61,143 bases of DNA from Octopus bimaculoides. Taxonomy: Eukaryota. Shown here one piece after another: positions 52,028 to 61,143 of the stretch. Below the pieces are notes generated by a model that was given only the letters and a program-made list of their open reading frames with translations, had not been told where the DNA came from and did not search any database. The translations under genes and the position numbers were made by a program. The stretch lies in assembly GCF_001194135.2 (NCBI RefSeq), contig NC_068992.1, forward strand, positions 15,455,892 through 15,517,034, read 5' to 3'. Each line of letters opens with the position of its first letter. Position 1 is the stretch's first letter.

Positions 52028-53794
52028 ATTCTTTCCATCTGGACCTGCAAGTGTTTTCTTCTGCACAACAGAGTTTATCTACTGATTATTCACAAACGCT
52101 GTATCTAACAGCGGCGACAGTTTGGCGTTCCCTCTCGGGATGGGGGCACCACAGAATCCCAGAGACCGGCCTTATGAGCCTTAGACTCGGGAACCAAACT
52201 AGAACCAAATCCTGTGCTAGGATTTCATCAACGACTAAGATAAGAGCGTCTATAATATCCACAAAGATTATTTTACGTTGGCAATATATTTATACCTAAC
52301 CGTTACATACAGTGGTGATTAAAATATTTTGTATTACAGATTGGTTTTGAAAGAAAGCACAATTCAAATACAATTGTGAATGGAAATATTTCTTCTGGAT
52401 AAAGGGAACTGGGGTCGTTTCGTCAGCCTAAAATGTTCATTTAGGTGAAGTTTTGAGTAGTATGGTTTCCACTAGAATGTCTAACACTAGACACACGTAA
52501 TGCAGTCATTTTTAGGTCATTACTTGAATGGCAATGGGAAAGAATTTGATACAGTTTCATCTATTGATTGATGGTTATTTCACTTCAATTTTACCCTTTA
52601 AATACAATCACAAACACAAATCCCCCAAAATACACATTACTACTCTTTGGAAGCCGAATCTTAAGAACATATCCCATGTAAACAGACGCTAATATTTATT
52701 TGGCAGTTTAGAAAAGTTTGAACAAATATCTTCAAGCTTCCATTCAAATTTACTGAAGATATTTACATGCTGTTTCTGTCTCTATGACACTGAATTTTTT
52801 CATAAGAATGTAATAAAAACATGATTTTAGTGTTTTTTATCGACAATAGCAAATTTTTACTATTCTGTCATATATTGGCTACAGACAGCGCAGACAGAGC
52901 AATCGATTTAGGCAGATGAAAACAGACGATTGTGTCATTAGATAAATTTATATACTCCCAATATTAAATTGTCCATCCATCACTCAGCACAAACATATTG
53001 TGAAAGTATTCGATTCATACATCATAGAATAACTATTAGTCAAGAGCAGCAGTATAGAAAATAGTCGTTTCACAAAGAAATAGATTATTAATAGGACACC
53101 CACTTCTGATATATATTTTGTATCGCTTGGTAAAGAGGAGTATCTTTCAGATAACCCTGTAATCCCCTTTCCAAGTGATTGATTCTTGTTTCAGATTAAG
53201 AGTGAGAAATCGGTCACCTAGATAAGATAAGGATCCAAGTAAATTTTCGGGTTAAAGGGATATAACCTTGCACGGTATATCGAGAATCTGGCAGTATGTT
53301 TGATTCTTACAGCAATGTATTATATTCTTCGGGGCTATATAGATATTAGTGATGTGGGTGAATGAGAAATATTTGCGTTACCATGCTAAGGACAAGAACC
53401 ACTGTGTTATCAGTGAGTTAGCTGGGGGATTCCACAATGAAACGGACATACATGTTCTTATGATGACTACAGAATAAATAAACAAAAGCAAAATTTGCGC
53501 ACATATTCCAAATACATGAAATATATATTAATTCATGCTTTCTAAATTATAGGGACTTCTGTGTAGGGGTTCTCTTCAATGGGTTTCATTTTAAACAAAT
53601 TAGTGAGAAATACACTCCTTTAAAGAGAGTTAATGACTCACAAACAAGTTCTCCAGCGAAACATTTGTCTAAAACTGCTAAAATATTTAGATGCCATCGT
53701 GACTTCCTACACGGGTTACTCAGTTTGCGCATTGGCATCTTTCTACTTGCAGGATGGACTAAAATGTTTTGGAATTTTTGTAATTTGCTCTTTT

Positions 53795-54150
53795 TCTTTT
53801 ATTCTATTACTTTATTTAGTCATTGGACTACAACCCTGCTGGAGCACCGCCTTCAAGGTCTTCATCGATGAAATCGATTTCAGTACTTACATGTTTAGAA
53901 AATTTGGAAGCCTGACACTTGTACTAGTTTTCTCTTTAAGCTGAAGAGCTTCGAAATCACAGGAATATATACAAGGTAACATCGATTGTCAAGCGGTGTG
54001 AGAAGAAACAAAGAAACACACAAACATATACACAGCGGACACACTTTCCATCAAGCATATTCGCCTACAAGGCATTATTCGGCCTGGAGCTCTAGTAAAC
54101 CATATTTGTCCAAGGCAAGTGTGCAGTGGGATTGAATACTCATGCACACT
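53795..54150 (-). mobile_element. Degenerate SINE family A
   Basis: GCTGGAGCACCGCC, GATTGTCAAGCGGTG and CAAGGCAAGTGTGCAGTGGGATTGAA motifs. Confidence 0.65.
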
Positions 54151-54383
54151 TGGATCGAACATATTAGTAGTCACCTGATCTCTGTCAGCTAAATGGCCAG
54201 CTACACTTTGTATCGATTATATTTAGATGTTTCGAACCTTAAATGACAATAACGCAATAAATGGTAAAGTTCTCACACAAAAACAAAGGAGATTGTAATG
54301 TTCTGAGAGTAGAGATAAATATACATGTAGTTAAGATGTTAGCTTCGCAATCAATTTGCTTCGCTAAATATTTTGCTTCGCTA

Positions 54384-54421
<38 letters not shown>

Positions 54422-54422
<1 letters not shown>

Positions 54423-55302
54423 AGGGTGGGATGAGTAAATTGTCACAATTTTATATTGTTTATTTAGCGTATTGTTTGTTTTGGATTTTGTCGATTAAAC
54501 AGTATAGTAGGGTCAGTTGGGCATCCTCTGAGAGAAAATCAGCTCCATGATGCAATTCACACTGCCAAAAATTTGGAAACGACATGCATGCTGTACTGCT
54601 TAGCATTCGCGCCGTAAGCCCCAATAGGTATATTTCAAATTGTTTGGGTATGAATCTGAGGACAGTGCAATCTGAGGACATGTACAGAGAGTGATAAAAA
54701 TCAAACATCCAGTCAACATCATGGTGTTTGGAGTGATCACTAAAGATGGCGACTTTACACCTCCATTCATCTTCCCACACGGCTTCAGACTCAACACGGA
54801 GGCCTACATCAAGGGCCTGGAGGAGCTAGTGCTGCTGTGCGTGAAAAAGGTGACTGCTGGAAGACCCTATGTCTGGCAACAGGACTCTGCACCATGCCAC
54901 ACAAGCGGGACAACCTAGTCCTAGCTGTCAGACAATGTCTGCAAGCACAGCACCCCTAACATCTGTCCACCTAACTCCCCAGACTGCAACCACCTTGATT
55001 ATTATGTGTGGGGCGCGGTTGAGCGAGAGACCAACAAAACTCTTTGTAACACCAAAGATGAACTGAAGGCAAGGATTATGGCAGCATTCATCAACTTAAA
55101 CAAGAGGACTGTCCAGAAGAGTTGCAGGAGATTCCGAAGTCGTTTGGAGGCCGTGGTTGAAGCTAATGGTGATCTTATTGAATAAATTTACTCTTTAGTA
55201 TTTCATATTTTTATGTAATTTTAGTAAATATATCTGTTAATATGAGATGTCAGTGTTATTTTCACTTTTGCGTAATTTAAACAATATATTCACCGCACCC
55301 CG
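54422..55302 (+). mobile_element. Internally deleted maT (DD37D) Tc1/mariner element, copy 2
   Basis: TIRs CAGGGTGGGATGAGTAAATTGTC / TTCACCGCACCCCG-TA; QQDSAPCHTS-(37 aa)-D spacing counted directly, continuing YYVWGAVE..RLEAVVEANGDLIE*; two in-frame stops. Confidence 0.92.
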
Positions 55303-56138
55303 TATACATGCATACATACATACATACATACATACATACAAACATACGTGTGTGTGTATGTGTGTGTGTTTGTGCATGATTATATCTGTATGTCTACCTC
55401 GGGAAAGAGCAAGAGAGAGAACGAGCATCCGGTACCATATTGCAGAAGCCATTCTAATCTGTTATCAGATCTTTATACTTTTCTATTTCACCTCACCAAA
55501 TAAATAAATAAATAAATAATTAAATAAATAAATAAGCAAACAAACAAACAAATAAACAAATGAATGAATTGCAAATACAAGTGTCATAGATTATTAAGAT
55601 GTTATTTTAAAAATATTCACCACGTTCCTCTCATCGAAATTCATACAAATCTTAAGATGCACGTACAAAGAAAGTAGTATTTCTTCCTCGCTAAATACAC
55701 ACAGTAGAACTTCTGTTTCGTCTCATTTCATTATAATTTTTTGCTTTCTGTTCACAGTAATTGCATAATAAATTGTGAACAATCAATTGAAGAGACTCTC
55801 TAAGTAATGATGATGAACTCTGTCAGTAGTTCTCAGATTTGCTGAGTAGCACTGCAATTATTTCAAAATCGATGACGGTACTAATTTTCGATTCGTTGGA
55901 AACAAAGACGCTTTCTAGAAATTTCTTTAGCGTCACGTCATCAAGACTAGACACAAACAATATTTCATTATAAATTAATAAACAAAAGATCTAATGTGTT
56001 AAAGGCAAAAACTAAGTCGTCTTTGAAAAGTTCAAAACCAACTTCATCAACCTGCAGCCTTCGCCATAATGTTATTTTCAGTCAATTGAAGAAGTGGTTT
56101 CATAGATTCGAGCAATTGTAGTGATATCACAGAAATGT

Positions 56139-56232
<94 letters not shown>

Positions 56233-56753
56233 ATTTATATATTCCATCTTTGAATTTCTCTACATTAAGACCTGAAATGTAAGATCTTCTCTACCCTGAT
56301 GAGGGAGGCTTGCTTCATCCTATGTTAAATGTATACATACGGCCGCATTTTGTAGACTAAATCCACCAACGTTATTATGGATCACCGAGACCCCAGGAAC
56401 AGCTGATGGATTCATAATACCATTATTCCACTCCTTTAAATTTCCCTGTCATTTGTACTCTGAGTAACTTCGACCTATTTATATAAATACTTATATATTT
56501 ATACATATAAATTCATCATTCATCATATGAAATTTTCCGCCTTTTGCCTTCTCTCGTGTTGCATGTATACTTATATACATATTTTGATTTGATGTACTTA
56601 ATATATTTAATATATTTGATGTGTCTAATTTGTGTATCCTAATCATTGCTTCTATACCTGCTCAAACTGATCTCTCTTATAGCTTCTCTTTACTCTGTGA
56701 AATGATGCTCTTTGAGCACTGCAATACAAAGAATATCAGGATCTCATCTATGA

Positions 56754-56784
<31 letters not shown>

Positions 56785-56802
56785 CATACATACATACATA
56801 CA

Positions 56803-56967
56803 TACGACGAACTTCTTTCAGTTTTTGTCTACCAAATTCACTCCCAAGGCTTTGGTCGGCCCGAGGCTATAGTAGAGGACACTTGCTCAAGGTGCCACGC
56901 AATAGAACCGAACCAAGAACCATGTGGTTGGGAAGCAAGTTCCTTACCACACAGCCACTCTTGCGCC
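56803..56967 (-). mobile_element. SINE family A 5' half
   Basis: GGCTTTGGTCGGCCCGAGGCTATAGTAG..CTTACCACACAGCCAC. Confidence 0.85.
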
Positions 56968-57586
56968 AGGAGGACCTATGATGGCCACTCAAATGTAGCT
57001 GTAATGTAATCTGCATGAACGGACTGCAAACATTATTGTTGAAGTGTCTTTGAGAGTAATTAGAAGTAATTATAAAGTTAAGTTTGTCGAGGCTTATATG
57101 AAAGCAGAATAGCATATGGATTTTGATACTAATAAGGAATTATTATATTCATTATATTAGTACGATGATAATTGTATAATAGACGAAGCATGAAGAATTT
57201 TAAAGTGTCTTAAGTGATAAAAGAAATGGGGAAATGTTTGTTCACCTGAAGAATTGGATGCATGAGAATGTTGCTAAGTCCTCTAGATTTGAAAGAAACA
57301 TTGCGCATGTGTGTGGAGGATAGAAAAGAGAAAGAGATGTCAAAGTAACAGAGAGTATATTGGGGATGTGACAGAGAACTGTTAGTATAGTTCTTTTTCC
57401 TTCTTTTCCTCTGTCTCTGTCTGTCTCTCTCTCTCTTTAAGTATAGACATAATAGTTTATATATATTATTATACACATGTATAATTACACAGTAAGACAC
57501 GTTGGACAGCGTATTTCCTAGATATAAATACCGCATTATTATATGTGAACACACGCACACACAAACACAATGTATATATATGTTTA

Positions 57587-57644
<58 letters not shown>

Positions 57645-57649
<5 letters not shown>

Positions 57650-58524
57650 TCTTATCAATAAGTATCCAGACTGTTGCCATAGTAACAAAGCGAAAGCACG
57701 AAGAGTAAAACCGCTTGGCACATATTGACCTCGAACTCTGCTGTTCAGTAAGTTTTAACGTTCTAGCTCACTTCCACTGTTTACAGCAGTGCTTGGAAGG
57801 AAGGTGTGTAGTGTGTGATCCTCGCATTGACCAAGACAAAGAATGTTGAGCAGAAAATTTTGCCAAAAGCTTGGCGATAGCTGCTCACAGGTCTACGCAA
57901 AGTTTTCAAAAAGTTTTCATTGTTCTCGATACAGTCAAGATCTTGTGCTACTGAAACCCGAGTGTCTTTTTGGTTAGCTGAAAGTAGTTTTGGCACAAAG
58001 TTGGCAGACACGAGTCTCATACCCAAATCGTCAGTGATAATGAACGGAACTAAACCGTAACTAATCTGCACATCTTCTGATAACTTACGGATGGTGATTC
58101 GATTATTCCTCCTCACAGCTGCACGCACATCTGCGATGTTTTTCTCAGTTCTGCTGGTTGCGAGTCTCTCAGAACGTTCGTCAATATCGACATTTTTTCG
58201 GCCATCTTGGAAACGTCTGAACCACTCGTACACCTGATTTGTGTGCGGCGCATACACTCCTCTCCATACAATTTCTACAACTTTGCGTAGGCCTCTGAGC
58301 GGGTATCACCATGACAGCTTTCTCTCTCATGGTTAATGCAACGATGATACGCTATACACGTTCCTTCCCGGCACTGCTATAAACAGCAGAAGTGAACTAG
58401 AACATTAAAGCTTAGTGCACATGCACAGCAGAGTTCAAGGTCAATCATTGCCAAACAGCTTTACTGAGCATACTTTAGCTTCGTTACTATGGCAACAGTC
58501 CGGATACTTATTGATCATACCTCG
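57645..58524. mobile_element. Mariner derivative composed of two inverted 5' ends
   Basis: Both ends start with the TIR (CGAGGTATGATCAATAAGTATCCGGACTGTTGCCATAGTAAC) and continue through the leader into the transposase start; minus arm encodes the HTH region QVYEWFRRFQDGR..ITIRKLSEDVQIS..FVPKLL..ENFLKTL; no DDD domain. Confidence 0.88.
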
Positions 58525-58889
58525 TACATATATGGATATATGACTGCACATTTAAACACGCGCCCATATGGGTACATATGGCCATACACTCACGCACACG
58601 CACACATGCACAAATAGCATATCTTGTATGTACAATTAGATATACAACTGCTACTAGTGGGTCTAGAGCCTCACATCTGCTTCCAGTGTTGTGGTTTAGC
58701 TATCACTGCACCTAGATGTATTAGTAGTTATGATATTCAGAACAAATATAGGACAAATTATGATAAATACGAGTTTATATAATTTGTCCCTACGTACGTT
58801 TCACCAGTGTGGCTTTTTGAGCTCTACTCTGGATGTTCCAAGTGCAATTGGAGCTTTAATCCCATTAGATTACATATATACGTATATGA

Positions 58890-58924
<35 letters not shown>

Positions 58925-60029
58925 TGTATGTATGTCTCCTTTTTCATTAGACTGGCAATAAACCCATGTGTTTTAGGAGATCAAAGAACTGTTCAGCTGA
59001 TATAACTGTGAAGGATGCTACTAGGAAAAGAGAAGGAAAATAATTTCAATAATTAGTTTTTATCTCATACCCAACAACACTCACCCGGACAATCTAGTTT
59101 TGTTTTAGTTAAACATGTTACAACCACAGATTTTTCCAATGGTGCACTTCGAAAAATCTAAGAAGAATCCTTCTCAGTGTTATCGCAAGATATCAAAGAC
59201 AATCTTTGAAGAAGCGCGGACTGGAACTGTTTCGGAATTTCTCTTAACTACAAACTTAAATCCCATGCTTAATTAGTATAAAAATACTAACCAAACCATT
59301 CCAGTATCAAAAAAAAAAATGTCCTACTAAAGCTGATGTAATTACACGTCAATGCAAAATTTGATTCCCGTCAGATAATGTAGTACTACATTGAAAATTG
59401 AATTTATAATTAAAATGACAAATTGTCAAACTCACTCTCTCGGTTTTTTTTCTTAACAACATTTTTTTGAGTGTTTATTTTAATTTTTATGAAAACATTG
59501 ATTTAAATATTATTAATTATTTTGTCATCCATTTTAATCCGCTCCAACGTTATGTCGTCTCTGTTTCTTTATTGTATTATTTGTTTTCTTTTTTTCTTTA
59601 AGAAGCACAAGTGTATTTTAGTACTTTGCGTGCAAAACAGCAAAAGGAAGACTGTCTTATGCTGCTGCTACTGCTGCACTCTCTCATGAGGATGATTTTT
59701 AGCTCTGGGTCACGCTGTACTGTGTAGATCTATGATCAAATGGTCAAACAATCGAAAGATGAATATATTGGGCTTTCATAGGTTATTTCGTATCCAGAAA
59801 TACACCGTCCAATCTGTTCTTTTGTTTTTCCAAATCCATGTGGTGTAATTTGGTGAAAATTTGGCTGCTATTTCTAGCCGATCGAATGACTATATAAAGC
59901 TACTGCGATTGCCTTAGCTGTCTTCAGTTGTTATTGTTGTTGAGACCCTGTTCAATCTTTAGTGAGTAGACTTATGAATAAACGCATCCTATTTGTGACC
60001 ATCCCGTCTTTTCAGAAATACGCAAATAC

Positions 60030-60472
60030 TTTTGCGAGTTACCGAGAAATTTGTAGAGAGCAAAAACAAGCTTCTTCTAAGTAAACAACTCTAGACTCTA
60101 GAAATTGACAAGTTGGTCTACGAGTGCTTGTGAATCGGCGATCGCGTCTACAAGCGATAGTCTGCGCGAGTCTAGTGCGGGTGAAAGTGATGCAGAAAAC
60201 GATTATAATAATAATATTCTTTATCATAAATGGTCTAGACATTCTTTTTACTTTATATAAAATATGCTTTACATTCTATTGTTGTTTCATTGCTGTTTAT
60301 TTACGAGTATTATAAATTTTATAGATAAAATATTTTTCTAGGAACGAATTACGACTTATAACATTGTTAATATGGGAAATTATTGCTCTGCTTTACAAGT
60401 GTTAGCTTTACGAGCGTTCACTTTACGCGCGGTCTCCGGGAACAAACTAACTCGTATATCGAGGCATTAGTG
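60030..60472. mobile_element. Tigger/pogo-like non-autonomous remnant
   Basis: Right end AACTCGTATATCGAGGCATTAGTG-TA resembles the CAGTGGTACCTCGACTTACGAG-type TIR; left end not clearly found. Confidence 0.45.
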
Positions 60473-61093
60473 TATATGCAAATGAGTATATGCATTAAAG
60501 ATAGTTTGTTTTAGAACCAACGGCTCAATGAGATAGCATCTAAACTTCCGTGACTCCGATTTTGGGGTTAAATTCTATCCATATGCACTTTTCTCTGTTA
60601 TATGAATTAGGATCCATTTACTGCAGAGTAAAGCTGGTTAAAGTTTACTAATGCACTTGTAACTTAATATTATATCATTATAAGTAGATACGTCTTGGAT
60701 TGTATTCGAAACTTTGTATTCTTTACTTCCTGAACATAAAAAAATAAGAAAGAAAGATAATATCTCTCAATATAAGAAGAATGACGTGAAAACCAAAGAA
60801 GATAATCTTCAAAATTGTTTTTTCGTAAGACTGTACTTCAGTATTATCCAAGTAGACTTCACACCATCTGAAGAACGAGACGTTTCAGATAAAAAAATGT
60901 ACAACTTCAAACAAAATTATGCTTTATGGTACTCAGCAAATTTCTAAGAATCTCTGTAAAATAATCCTAGAATTTCCAAGGGAATAGATTTGTATTGGAA
61001 TAATATCTTTAATAGAAGAAATCTGTATTGTTTACTTCTGCAGTGGTTTGCCAATCATAAATCCATATTGAAAACATATTGATGTGAGAAAGG

Positions 61094-61143
<50 letters not shown>

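Noticed and set aside
53941-53960. CTGAAGA..GAAA hammerhead-like words (also CTGATGA at ~56297 and ~22496)
   Set aside because: The required helices or the GAAA are missing.

Overview
This is an AT-rich, repeat-saturated animal genomic window from a gapped short-read assembly, with nine N-gaps, most bordered by (TA)n or (TG)n. The SINE families and microsatellite load suggest an octopus or other cephalopod; that is an inference from recalled sequences, not a search result. No host protein-coding exon, rRNA, true tRNA or CRISPR array could be supported, and almost all ORF-track entries are microsatellite or gap artefacts. The recognisable content is mobile DNA. Retroelements: many tRNA-derived SINEs (several with intact target-site duplications), R4/Dong-type and Penelope-like fragments, a Tx1/L1-like ORF1 start behind two ~480-bp tandem units, and a probable solo LTR. 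DNA transposons: DD41D, DD37D (maT) and mariner relics, a Chapaev3-like relic, and two GG-terminated MITEs with 8-bp TSDs. The most notable theme is recurrent fold-back DNA: a DD41D element made of two 3' ends, a mariner made of two 5' ends joined at a 7-bp inverted microhomology, a 235-bp near-perfect inverted repeat, small inverted duplications centred on microsatellites, and a MITE carrying a telomeric-repeat palindrome. A minimal hammerhead-ribozyme-like motif with a variant core (CUGUUGA) lies in a Penelope-type terminal repeat. I found no convincing wholly new biological system; the findings are leads.
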